This document shows, one piece after another, positions 1-9,500 of a stretch of DNA of 64,000 nucleotides. The translations under genes were made by a program, and so were the position numbers. Under the pieces are notes generated by a model. It saw only the letters and a program-made list of their open reading frames with translations, had not been told where the DNA came from and did no database searches. Positions within the stretch are counted from its first letter, which is position 1; the number at the start of each line of letters is the position of its first letter. Source of the DNA: Spirulina sp. (lineage in GTDB: Bacteria; Cyanobacteriota; Cyanobacteriia; Phormidesmidales; Phormidesmidaceae); assembly GCA_044070495.1 (NCBI GenBank), contig JBIPSI010000019.1, positions 1 to 64,000 on the forward strand, in the 5' to 3' direction.

Positions 1-140
1 GTACCAATACCGCGCCCCTTTCTCTTCAGGGTCGATCTCAGGGAGGTTCAGGTCTGAGGGGGGCTTACTCGTCATGCCCCTTACTCTAACGATTTTTGTC
101 CCATTCGCAATAGCCCCATCTTGTTGCGGTGACTAATTAC
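1..140 (-). mobile_element. Probable left end of an IS66-family (ISBst12-like) insertion sequence, with the first 25 codons of its ORF (75..1, MTSKPPSDLNLPEIDPEEKGARYWY, runs off window)
   Basis: Minus strand reads GTAATTAGTCACC from 140, resembling GTAA-starting IS66 termini. ATG at 75 is preceded by AAGGGG and the frame is open to the edge. The amine oxidase frame resumes immediately after 140. Confidence 0.45.
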
Positions 141-141
141 G

Positions 142-744
142 GCTGAGTTTCTTGCGGATCATGTTGTGGTGACCTTGCCCCTGGGCGTTTTGCAGTCGGG
201 AAATGTCCGGTTCTCCCCACCCTTGCCCCAGGATAAACAAAATGCCATTGCCAAGCTGGGTATGGGCGTTCTCAACAAATGCTATCTACGATTTTCGGAT
301 AGTTTTTGGCCTGGGGATGTGGATTGGTTAGGCTATGTTTCAGAAAAACCGGGTGAGTGGGTCGATTGGGTGAGTTTTAAACGTCCAATAAATCAGCCGA
401 TCCTCTTAGGATTTAATGCCGCCAACCGAGGCAGAGAGATTGAATCATGGTCAGACCAAAAGATTGTTGCTAGCGCCATGCAAACCCTCAGAATCCTCTA
501 CGGCGAAAATATCCCTGAACCCATGAACTACCAAATTACTCGCTGGGCATCGGATCCGTTTGCCTTGGGTTCCTATTCCTATTATGCCGTTGGCTCAGAA
601 CCGGAGATGCGCCAACAGCTTGCAGCACCGCTAGGAGAGGCCGTCTTTTTCGCCGGAGAGGCCACCCATGGGGACTATTCTGGCACCACCCACGGAGCCT
701 ACTTGTCTGGGCTGCGGGTGGCGGAGGAAATTCTGAACCTGTAA
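142..744 (+). pseudogene. C-terminal fragment of a flavin monoamine oxidase family protein
   Basis: Frame open from 142 (AEFLADHVVVTLPLGVL). Motifs RWASDPFALGSYS and FFAGEAT...TTHGAYLSG are present. The N-terminal GxGxxG FAD-binding half is absent. Confidence 0.8.
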
Positions 745-854
745 CTCAGCGCTTTCCCCAAAAACTGCGACGTTACCATGGTTCTCTGAAATGGAATCCA
801 TGACCGTAGCTATAGTCAGGCGTGATATAAATCAAGCAGTTTGAGGCAAGCATC

Positions 855-1199
855 ATGGGTAAACGTAAAGCGTCCGGCGAGGGCGAAAATCGGGCCGTAT
901 ATCGAGAATTTGGCCCTGCCGACCCGATGGCGAGGGCGGTACCCGATCGGCCTCCCAATCAGCAAAATTTGAAGGTGGAGGTGAGCCGCAAGGGGCGGGG
1001 CGGCAAAACCGTCACGACTATCAGCGGCTTTCAGCATACGCCCAATACTCTAGGCACCCTGGCCAAGCAGCTTAAGGCCCAGTGCGGCACCGGGGGCACC
1101 GCCAAAGACAACAGTATTGAAATTCAGGGCGACCATGCCCAAAAACTGATGGAACTTTTGGCCGCCAAGGGCTATCAGGTAAAACGCAGCGGTGGGTAG
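855..1199 (+). CDS. Translation initiation factor SUI1/YciH family protein
   Basis: SRKGRGGKTVTTISG...LKAQCGTGGTAKDNSIEIQGDH signature. Confidence 0.93.
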   Translation: MGKRKASGEGENRAVYREFGPADPMARAVPDRPPNQQNLKVEVSRKGRGGKTVTTISGFQHTPNTLGTLAKQLKAQCGTGGTAKDNSIEIQGDHAQKLMELLAAKGYQVKRSGG

Positions 1200-1210
1200 T
1201 CGTGGGTGGA

Positions 1211-1450
1211 AATCCCCCTAAATCCCCCTTATCAAGGGGGACTTTGAAGATTTCTCTGATGAACAAACGACGCTAGTAAGGCCATTCCCCCTTTTTAGGG
1301 AGACTTTGAAGACCTTTCTCGGATTAATAAGTAACTCTAGTCAATCCATTCCCCCCTTACTAAGGGGGGCTAGGGGGGATCACTAAGGGGGGCTAGGGGG
1401 GATCACTAAGGGGGGCTAGGGGGGATCACTAAGGGGGGCTAGGGGGGATC
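1211..1450. repeat. Cyanobacterial short dispersed repeat (ATCCCCCTAAATCCCCCTT...AAGGGGGGCTAGGGGGGATC) whose right end is amplified as 4 perfect 23-bp tandem copies (1359-1450)
   Basis: Unit ACTAAGGGGGGCTAGGGGGGATC at 1359, 1382, 1405 and 1428; a related single element lies at 44282-44358. Confidence 0.9.
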
Positions 1451-1522
1451 AGCCAGGGGATTAACCGACCAGGGTTCAAACCAGACGCAAACCGCAAGGC
1501 TTTCAACGAATAAGGAGCACCG

Positions 1523-3685
1523 ATGGGCATGGGATGGATGGGGCAACGGAAATGGCTAAGGCGGCTGGGCAGTTTTGCCATGGCTTGGGTGATGGTGTTG
1601 GGTTTGCAAAGTGGCCTACCGCTTTGGGCCAGCACTAGCCCGACCGTTGGACATGGTTCCGGGAGGAATGCCCTGGCCCAGGTATTACCTACCGAGGAGC
1701 CCACCCCTCTGTTGCCACCGCCTGCGGTGATTCCCATTGATATTCGCCAGCACTGGGCCAAGGATTGTATTACCGCCCTGGCCCAGGCGCGAATCATCAC
1801 CGCCGACGATAGCGCCCGGTTTTATCCTGATGCGGAAATTTCCTGGGGCGACTATGTGGCGTGGTTGAATCGGCTGATTCCCCCCGGCGAGGCTGGGGGC
1901 TGGGCGAATCCGTTGGAGAAAGCTTTGGGATTAACCACGGCTCCCACGGTGGCCTCCCACTATCCCAGCCAGTACTATCAGCCGGATCGGCCCCTGGTGC
2001 GGGCGGAGGGCATCATGGCCCTGGCGGCAAAGTTGGGGTCAAATCACCAAATTGCAGCGAATACCCTGATCAACAACAGCCTGGTGGATGGGCCGCAGGT
2101 GCCCCCCTATGCGCGGGAAGGGGTAGCGGCGGCGTTGGCCCAGGCGATGGTCGTGAACTATCCCGAAGCCAATCGGCTGAACTCAACCCAGCGGCTCACC
2201 CGTGGCGAGGCGGCGGCGCTGATTTGTCGGGCCGATCCAAACCTCTCGTTGCGGCAGTGGATTGATCCGCAGTGGGTGCCCATGGTGACGCTTCCCGAAA
2301 CCGTACCTGTGCCCTTGGCCGAAACGCGGGGCGTGTGGCTCACCAACATCGACAGTCAGGTGTTGTTCTCCACCGAAGCCCTCACGTCGGGAATCAACCA
2401 ACTGGCGGAACTGAACTTCAACACCCTCTACCCCGCCGTTTGGAACTGGGGCTACACCCTCTACCCCAGCCGCACCGCCGAGCGGGAACTGGGCGTCAGC
2501 CAGCACCTCTATGCCGATCTGCGCCCACCCCAGCGGGGTGCGGTAGAAGGAGCGCGAGACATGATGCTGGAGGCGGTGGAACTGGGCCACGCCAAGGGGA
2601 TGGCGGTGATTCCCTGGTTCGAGTTTGGCTTCATGACCCCCGAACCCTACGACCTCTACCGTCGCCACCCCGACTGGTTTAGCCATAAACGGGTGGAGCC
2701 GCCGTCGGAAGATGGCGAAGCCGATAAGTCCCAGGCCAAGCCAGGAGCAAACGCTGGGGTGTCTAAAATTCGCGCCCTGACCCCCACCGAGGAAGCCAGT
2801 CGGCAAAAAATGCAGGCCCTCGGTCGAGGGATGAGCCAAGTCAAACAAGACAGTGACAACGGCCTGCCGCCGGAAGTCCTCGCCGACCCCGGCATTTGGC
2901 TAGAGGGAGGACGCCTACCCCGTCGCTGGCTCAGCCCCTTCCATCCCCAGGCACGGCGGTTTTTGTTGCAGCTCATTGATGAACTGGTGAGCAACTACGA
3001 GGTAGACGGCTTCCAGTTTGACGACCACCTGGGCCTGCCCGTGGAATTTGGCTACGATGCCTACACCGTCAACCTCTACAAAGCCGAGCACAACGGCCAG
3101 GAACCCCCGGCCAACTACCAAGATCCGGAATGGGTGGCGTGGCGGGCCAACAAAATCTCCGACTTTTTGGCGGAGGTCTACCAAATGGTGAAATCCCGTC
3201 GGCCCAATGCGGTGATTTCTATTTCCCCCAACCCCCACCCCTTCGCCTACGTCAACTATCTGCAAGACTGGCCCACCTGGGTGAATCGGGGCATCATGGA
3301 TGAACTGATTGTGCAAATCTACCGCAGCGACCAAAACCGCTTTATCTGGGAGATGAACAAGCCCTACATGCAGGCGGCCCTACGCAAGATTCCCACCAGC
3401 GTCGGCATCCTCAGTGGTTTAAGAGCCGCCCCCGTTGGCATGGACCACATCGGCGACCAAATCAAAGCCGTGCGGGATCGCCGCCTCTCCGGCATGTCCT
3501 TCTTCTTCTACGAATCCCTCTGGATGCCCGCCCCCACCGAACGCCGCGAAGACCGCATCACCGGACTACAACGGGCCTTTGCCAGCACCGCATCCCGCCC
3601 CAGCAGACCACCCTTGGGGCCATTGCTGCGGGGGCGTATCCTGGGAGATCAGATCACCCAAAGTCGCCTAAACCCCAATCCCTAA
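1523..3685 (+). CDS. Secreted SLH-domain + glycoside hydrolase-like GHL10 (DUF187) protein
   Basis: Signal-like N-terminus; SLH-like motifs (DIRQHWAKDCI, LTRGEAAALI); ETRGVWLTNID, IPWFEFG and YEVDGFQFDDH. Confidence 0.88.
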   Translation: MGMGWMGQRKWLRRLGSFAMAWVMVLGLQSGLPLWASTSPTVGHGSGRNALAQVLPTEEPTPLLPPPAVIPIDIRQHWAKDCITALAQARIITADDSARFYPDAEISWGDYVAWLNRLIPPGEAGGWANPLEKALGLTTAPTVASHYPSQYYQPDRPLVRAEGIMALAAKLGSNHQIAANTLINNSLVDGPQVPPYAREGVAAALAQAMVVNYPEANRLNSTQRLTRGEAAALICRADPNLSLRQWIDPQWVPMVTLPETVPVPLAETRGVWLTNIDSQVLFSTEALTSGINQLAELNFNTLYPAVWNWGYTLYPSRTAERELGVSQHLYADLRPPQRGAVEGARDMMLEAVELGHAKGMAVIPWFEFGFMTPEPYDLYRRHPDWFSHKRVEPPSEDGEADKSQAKPGANAGVSKIRALTPTEEASRQKMQALGRGMSQVKQDSDNGLPPEVLADPGIWLEGGRLPRRWLSPFHPQARRFLLQLIDELVSNYEVDGFQFDDHLGLPVEFGYDAYTVNLYKAEHNGQEPPANYQDPEWVAWRANKISDFLAEVYQMVKSRRPNAVISISPNPHPFAYVNYLQDWPTWVNRGIMDELIVQIYRSDQNRFIWEMNKPYMQAALRKIPTSVGILSGLRAAPVGMDHIGDQIKAVRDRRLSGMSFFFYESLWMPAPTERREDRITGLQRAFASTASRPSRPPLGPLLRGRILGDQITQSRLNPNP

Positions 3686-3697
3686 ACCCCAGTCCCT

Positions 3698-4318
3698 ATG
3701 CAAGCCAAGCCGATTTCCTCCCAAATCAGCCTTCGCCACCTCCAGCAAGACTTTGGCTTGACGAAGGTGGATCGGGCGGATGGATTTCTAGAGTGGCGCA
3801 ATCATTTATCGCCCTTAACGGAGGCCGAACAAGCGGCTCTAGGACACATTCGGCAGAACTTTACCTATCAGTTGGAATGGGGCCAACTCTCTGAAAATCT
3901 GGTGAAAATGGTGGTGCTATCGCCCCTGCTAGACATAGCCGGGTTCTACCGTAGTAGACTGCGCGTGGATGATGAAGCCAGCATTGAACTAGCCGTACCA
4001 GATCAGGAGATACTGTATCGCGGCAAAATTGATGTATTGATTTGCGACGAGCGATTTTGGATCTTAGTGATTGAAGCCAAACATGCCCAGTTTTCACTGA
4101 TTAACGCTATCCCGCAATGCTTGGCCCATATGTTAGCTAACCCCAACGGCGCTACTCCCGTCTACGGCCTCGTCACCAATGGCAGCAACTTTCGACTCCT
4201 CAAACTGCAACCTTCTTGTCCCCCGATCTATGCCCTTTCCGACGAATTGCTGTTTGATCGAGGCGATGATTTTGATCGAGTTTTGCAGATGATGAAGGTA
4301 TTGGGTCAGGAGACCTAA
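3698..4318 (+). CDS. Restriction-endonuclease-like PD-(D/E)XK protein (HsdR N-terminal-like cyanobacterial family)
   Basis: E...VKMVVLSPLL, GKIDVL, VIEAK, AIPQCLAHM, YGLVTNGSNF. Confidence 0.75.
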   Translation: MQAKPISSQISLRHLQQDFGLTKVDRADGFLEWRNHLSPLTEAEQAALGHIRQNFTYQLEWGQLSENLVKMVVLSPLLDIAGFYRSRLRVDDEASIELAVPDQEILYRGKIDVLICDERFWILVIEAKHAQFSLINAIPQCLAHMLANPNGATPVYGLVTNGSNFRLLKLQPSCPPIYALSDELLFDRGDDFDRVLQMMKVLGQET

Positions 4319-4339
4319 CCCCTACATTATCTCCATGCC

Positions 4340-4362
4340 GTAGGGGCGTAGTTGCTGCGCCC
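4340..4362 (+). repeat. GTAG-type REP-like palindrome (GTAGGGGCG..CGCCC family); related copies at 6071-6093 (-), 16871-16893, 20957-20979 and 58238-58261
   Basis: GTAG foot followed by a short GGGCG/CGCCC palindrome, mostly just downstream of stop codons. Confidence 0.75.
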
Positions 4363-4418
4363 GATGCCGAATTTTCTGTCAGTCAAATAGTTCTCCCCAA
4401 CGCTCAATTCTCAACCCC

Positions 4419-5039
4419 ATGGCCTACAGCAACTTTTCCCTCAGCAAAGTCAAGTCAGACTTTGACCTTTCTACCCATGAAAGCCAGGATTTATTTGCCA
4501 CGACACCGCCACTACAGCCCAGTTCGTTGCTGGTGGGGGTACTGAAAGAGCAGATTCCCCTGGCCAGCGCCATCAACACCGAAAAAGCTAAATCCGAGCT
4601 AGTGATCATGCCTGTACTGATGGAGGTGCGGCGGCAGATGGGGAACCAGATCGCTATTTTTTCGGGCACCGCCTTTGATGTTGAACCAACCCTAGGGCTA
4701 GAGGGGCGCTGCGACTTTATCCTGAGCCAATCACCAGAGCAGTACTACGTGGCGGCTCCCGTGCTCACCATCGTTGAGGCCAAAAACGAGAGCATTCCCA
4801 GTGGGTTGGGGCAATGTCTCGCCACCATGGTGGCCGCTCGGATATTTAACCAGCGCGAGGGCAACGCCATCGACACCATCTATGGAGCCGTGACCACGGG
4901 CAACCACTGGAAATTTCTTAGGCTGACGGGAAATGCAGCCTTCATCGATACCAACGACTATTTCATTAAGGAGGTCGATAAAATTTTGGGCATCCTGACC
5001 TCTATGCTTCAGCCCGAAACCAGTCTGGTCGCCTCCTAG
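4419..5039 (+). CDS. Conserved cyanobacterial PD-(D/E)XK-like hypothetical protein
   Basis: MAYSNFSL, TEKAKSELVIMPVL, GRCDFIL, IVEAKNE, GLGQC, YGAVTTG. Confidence 0.75.
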   Translation: MAYSNFSLSKVKSDFDLSTHESQDLFATTPPLQPSSLLVGVLKEQIPLASAINTEKAKSELVIMPVLMEVRRQMGNQIAIFSGTAFDVEPTLGLEGRCDFILSQSPEQYYVAAPVLTIVEAKNESIPSGLGQCLATMVAARIFNQREGNAIDTIYGAVTTGNHWKFLRLTGNAAFIDTNDYFIKEVDKILGILTSMLQPETSLVAS

Positions 5040-5112
5040 CGATTTCCCGACCGCCCTACAATGGGGAGGCTGTTCTGGAAGCTTAGGTATGTCCTCCATT
5101 GGCTCCAAGGTG

Positions 5113-6060
5113 ATGAGTCCCAAGGTCATTATCCACGGTGGCGCGGGCAGTGCCCTGCATGATAAAGGGGGGCTGGCGGCGGTGCGTCAGGATCTCCACG
5201 CCATTGTGGCGCAGATTTACCAGCGGGCCGAGGCGGGGGAGAGGGCCGTGGACTGCGTGGTCTACGGCTGTCGGCTTTTGGAGGATGCCCCTCGGTTTAA
5301 TGCGGGCTATGGGTCGGTGTTGCAGTCCGATGGCCAGGTAAGGATGAGTGCGGCGCTGATGGATGGCCAAGCCCAACGGCTGAGTGGGGTGATTAACGTG
5401 TCGCGAGTGCCCCACCCCATTGACCTTGCGGCCCATTTACAGGGGGCGGAGGATCGGGTGCTGTCGGATGTGGGTTCGATGGAACTGGCGCGGGAGTTGG
5501 CCATCCCCCTGTTCGACCCAATTACCGACCTACGCCTGCGGGAATGGATGCAGGAACGGGCCAACAATTTTCAGCGGTCGATGGCCGGAGTCGTGGCGGA
5601 GTCCTCTGATTCCCAGGCTTCCAACGCCCGACGGGGCACCATTGGCGTGGTGGTGCTGGATGGGGAAGGTCGCCTAGCGGTGGGCACCTCCACCGGGGGC
5701 AAGGGTCTAGAGCGCATTGGGCGGGTTAGCGATTCTGCCATGCCAGCGGGCACCTATGCCAACGCCCAGGCCGCCGTAAGCTGTACGGGCATTGGGGAAG
5801 ACATCATCGACGAATGTTTGGCGGCGCGACTGGTGATCCGCATCAGCGACGGCATGACCCCAGAAACCGCCCTGGCCAAATCCTTTGCCGAAGCCACCAC
5901 CAACCAGCGAGACTTTGGGGCCATCGGCCTCACCCAGGCAGGCCAAATTCTCTGGGGCAAAACCAGCGATGTGCTGCTCGCGGCTTACCATACGGGCCAA
6001 ACCCTGGGTGACACCCTCGACCAACCCCACGGCACCCAAACGGGCTGCGTTGTGGACTAA
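5113..6060 (+). CDS. iaaA: Isoaspartyl peptidase / plant-type L-asparaginase (Ntn hydrolase); alternative start 5089
   Basis: IIHGGAG, FNAGYGSV, GTIGVV autocleavage site, TSTGG, GRVSDS, SCTGIGE. Confidence 0.9.
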   Translation: MSPKVIIHGGAGSALHDKGGLAAVRQDLHAIVAQIYQRAEAGERAVDCVVYGCRLLEDAPRFNAGYGSVLQSDGQVRMSAALMDGQAQRLSGVINVSRVPHPIDLAAHLQGAEDRVLSDVGSMELARELAIPLFDPITDLRLREWMQERANNFQRSMAGVVAESSDSQASNARRGTIGVVVLDGEGRLAVGTSTGGKGLERIGRVSDSAMPAGTYANAQAAVSCTGIGEDIIDECLAARLVIRISDGMTPETALAKSFAEATTNQRDFGAIGLTQAGQILWGKTSDVLLAAYHTGQTLGDTLDQPHGTQTGCVVD

Positions 6061-6109
6061 GCCTAAGGCAGGGCGAGGAGACCGCGCCCCTACAGGTTGG
6101 ATTCCTCGC

Positions 6110-6155
6110 CCCCGACTCCCCACTCCCGACTCCCGACTCCCGACTCCCCACTCCC
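6110..6155 (+). repeat. Heptamer tandem repeat (CCGACTC/CCCACTC, STRR-type); also in frame in the mannosidase gene at ~7724-7755
   Basis: CCCGACTCCCCACTCCCGACTCCCGACTCCCGACTCCCCACTCCC. Confidence 0.85.
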
Positions 6156-6512
6156 ATGACCGATTCCCTACTCAGCCCCGGCAATCCCTTTGGCCTCGTC
6201 CTCGTCACCCTTGACAGCGAAGCCAACGCCCAAAACCTCGCCCAAAAATTAGTCGAGGCCCGCCTTGCTGCCTGCGTGAGCATTGCCCCGGTGCAGTCGG
6301 TCTACCGCTGGCAGGGGGAGATTCAGCATGATCAGGAATGGCAACTCACCATCAAAACCGACCTCAGCCGATTGGATGCCCTGGCCCAATTCATCACCCA
6401 GCACCACCCCTACAAAGTGCCCGAAATCATCGCCATTCCCCTGGCGGCAGGGTCAACGGCCTACCTCACCTGGCTGGCGGAACAAACCCAGCCCTCCAGT
6501 CCAACCGCCTAA
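6156..6512 (+). CDS. cutA: Divalent-cation tolerance protein CutA
   Basis: LVEARLAACV, SVYRWQG, IKT, HPYKVPEIIA. Confidence 0.93.
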   Translation: MTDSLLSPGNPFGLVLVTLDSEANAQNLAQKLVEARLAACVSIAPVQSVYRWQGEIQHDQEWQLTIKTDLSRLDALAQFITQHHPYKVPEIIAIPLAAGSTAYLTWLAEQTQPSSPTA

Positions 6513-6529
6513 CTTTCAGCGGATCTTCT

Positions 6530-9500
6530 CTAGGTGATGGGTTGGGCAACTAGGTGGCTGGCCACCTGCCAAGGCGTGACGGCAATGGTGTCTCGATTCG
6601 CTGGGCCTGTCTCGGCGTCAGGATGCGTCGGTTCATTAACAGGTTGCTCTAGGCCGTTAACTCTGGCCACAACCTCTAGTCCCAAGCGACCACCGAGGGT
6701 AAAGGTTCCAGCTACTCCCGCACTTTCATAACCGCGCAGGATGAGGGGTTGATCGCTCTCTTCCGCCAGTTTGAAGGCCGACAGTACCCAAGTCGTTTCC
6801 CCAAACGATAGGAAACTCCCGATCCCAGAAATCCTTTGACCTTCAGGCGGTTTGTTGACCGTGCGACCTTGATCCTGAAACCAAGGTCGCACAGGAATAT
6901 TAAGATTACGGGCCTGTTGCACGGTCTTCGCGGCCTGCCAGCTTCCGGCGTGGGGATAGATGGCATAGGTGAAGGTCTGCCGTCCTCGGTCAGCGGTGGG
7001 GTCGGGCCAGAGGGGCGCTTTCAGAAGGGTCAGCCGCAGTTGATTAGGGGTAGCATCAAAACCGTGCTTGTAATCGGTGAGGATACTCACGCCTCGGCTT
7101 TCTCCAACCTGATTCTCTGTCTCCTGATGTCCTGTCTCCTGATGTCCTGTGTCCTGGTTCTCTGTACTTGGATTCTCTGTGCTCTGAGATTCAGTCCCTT
7201 GAATCTGGCTAATATCCGCCCAACGCAGAGCAGGTACCTCCCACTTGGCCTTGTCCTCCGGCGTTTGGGGATTCGTTGAGCGCTGAATCGCCCCAAAGGG
7301 GATCTCATAGGTGGCCTGGGGGGCCGATACCGTCAGCGGAAACGCCACCTTGACGAGTACCTGGGTTTCCTGCCAATCCACCTCGGTGCGAATGGTCAAA
7401 TAGGGCGAAGTTGTGTCTAGGACATAATCCTGCACAAAGGTGGACTGGTTGAAGGTTTTTACGATCCGAATCACCTGCCGACAGGGGCCATCCTCTAGCC
7501 ACGCCATCGACACCAACTGCCAGCCCTCCAGGGGATGATCCTGATAATCTGGGGCAATGTTCCAGGCATCCCAATACTGACCCGCATCCTTAAACGCCTG
7601 AAGCTGATTCCCCGCCGCCCTGAAGGTTTCTGTACCCGTGGCTTTGTGAATCAGGCTGGCGATTTCCCCCGTTTCGGGATTCAGGGTGGCGCGGAGATGC
7701 TGATTTTCGAGCGTCCAACTTGGGGGAGTCGGGAGTCGGGAGTCGGGAGTCGGGAGGTCGGACTCCATAGGCTTCAACCAAATGACACGATAGCCAACCG
7801 AGGGAATCCCCGACACCGCCACCAACACCGTAGGGTGGACACTGCCCACCGAATCTCTGAGGGGGTAAGAACCACTCCACTGCGTCGGTAGTTCCCGACC
7901 CAAGCTATCCACCGTTTGCCAGTGTTGATGATTGGCCCATTCCTTTGGTAAGGGAATCTCGACCACCTCATCCCGTTCCCAGTTGAGGGGGTTAAACAGC
8001 AGTACGGGAATAGCTCGATCATCGGGGGAGGTGGGCAGGGGAATGAATTGGGCAACGGCTTCCAACGCATTCGCCAAAATCCGCTGTCCGTTTTCCAACG
8101 CGGCTTGCCAAGTTTCGTTAGCATCGGCAAACACTTCGGGAATGGAAGATCCCGGCAAAATATCGTGGAATTGATTAAAAAGCACCTGTTTCCAGGCGGT
8201 TTCTAGCTCAGCCTTAGGGTAGAGATAGTCCGTCAGCAGATGAGCCACACTACTCCACAGTTCCGCCTGAAAGAGGGCGTCTTCGCAGCGGCGGTTGTAT
8301 TGCTTTTGGTCGCCGTGGGTGGTGTAGCAGCCCCGGTGCAGTTCTAGGTAGAGTTCGTCGTTCCAGGCGGGGAGGTGGGGTGGTGGGGTGGTGGGGTGGT
8401 GGGAAGGGGTTAGGAGGGAATCGAGGAAGGGTTGGGCGTGGCCGAAGGTGAGGGTGGGGAAGAGGGGGGAGTTGGCCCAGCGGCGGGTTTTGAGCAGCAT
8501 ATCGCGGGTGGGGCCGCCGCCATGATCGCCCACGCCAGGGAGCCAGAGGGCATCCTGAAATCCGGTGTTGGCTTCCCATTGGGCGGCGTATTGGGCGATT
8601 TCTGAGGCTTCAATGTCGGTGCCGATGGGGGGCAGGGTAACGGCGGTGACGGGGGTGCCGTCTAGCCCTCGCCAAGTGCATAGGTCGTGGGGGAAGGGGT
8701 TGCTGTCGTTCCAGCGTAGTTTTTGGGTGGCAAAGTAGCGCACGCCGCCCTGGGCCAGCAATTGGGGTAACTGCCAACTAAAGCCGAAGGTATCTGGCAA
8801 CCAGGCAATGGCGCTGACGGTGCCAAATTTTTCGGCACAGTAGCGCTGGCCATAGAGAATTTGCCGCACCAAGGCTTCTCCCCCCGGCAGGTTCAAATCT
8901 GGCTCTACCCACAGGCCCGCATCAATGGCCCAACGTCCGGCCTGCACTTGGTTCTGAATCTCCACAAACAGGTCGGGTCGGTTTTCCTCCATCCACGCAA
9001 ACAGGGCCGGGGTGGAATGGGTGAAGGTGAGTTCGGGAAACTCGGCTTGTAGGACCAGGACAGACTCAAAGGTGCGCTGGGCGGCCTCCCAGGTTTCGGC
9101 TACGGGCCACAGCCAAGCCAGGTCGAGGTGAGCATGGCCCACACAATGCACCGTGCGCTGTTTCAGCCAGGGGGTGAACTGGCTCAGGATGTCCCGCATT
9201 TGGTTAAGGGACTGGTGAAACTGGGGTGCATCACTTACCTGATCCCAGGCAATTGTCGTTAGGGCATCTTCCAGAATTCCAAGATTTTCCGGCGCAAACT
9301 GGCGTAAATAGGTTTCTAAAACGGCAAGCTCATCGGCCACAAAGGCGGGTTCTGGGTTGGCCTCATCCAGTGATTCAAACACTAATTCCGACTTCACCAA
9401 AGCCCCCTCATCATGGCCAGGGCTAATAAGTTTAAGCATCACCTCCACCGACTCACCGGGGTTCACCGATTCGGACAGGTCTATTCTTGTCCAGCAGTCA

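Noticed and set aside
1359..1450. Possible CRISPR array
   Set aside because: The units are contiguous with no spacers, and no cas genes are present.
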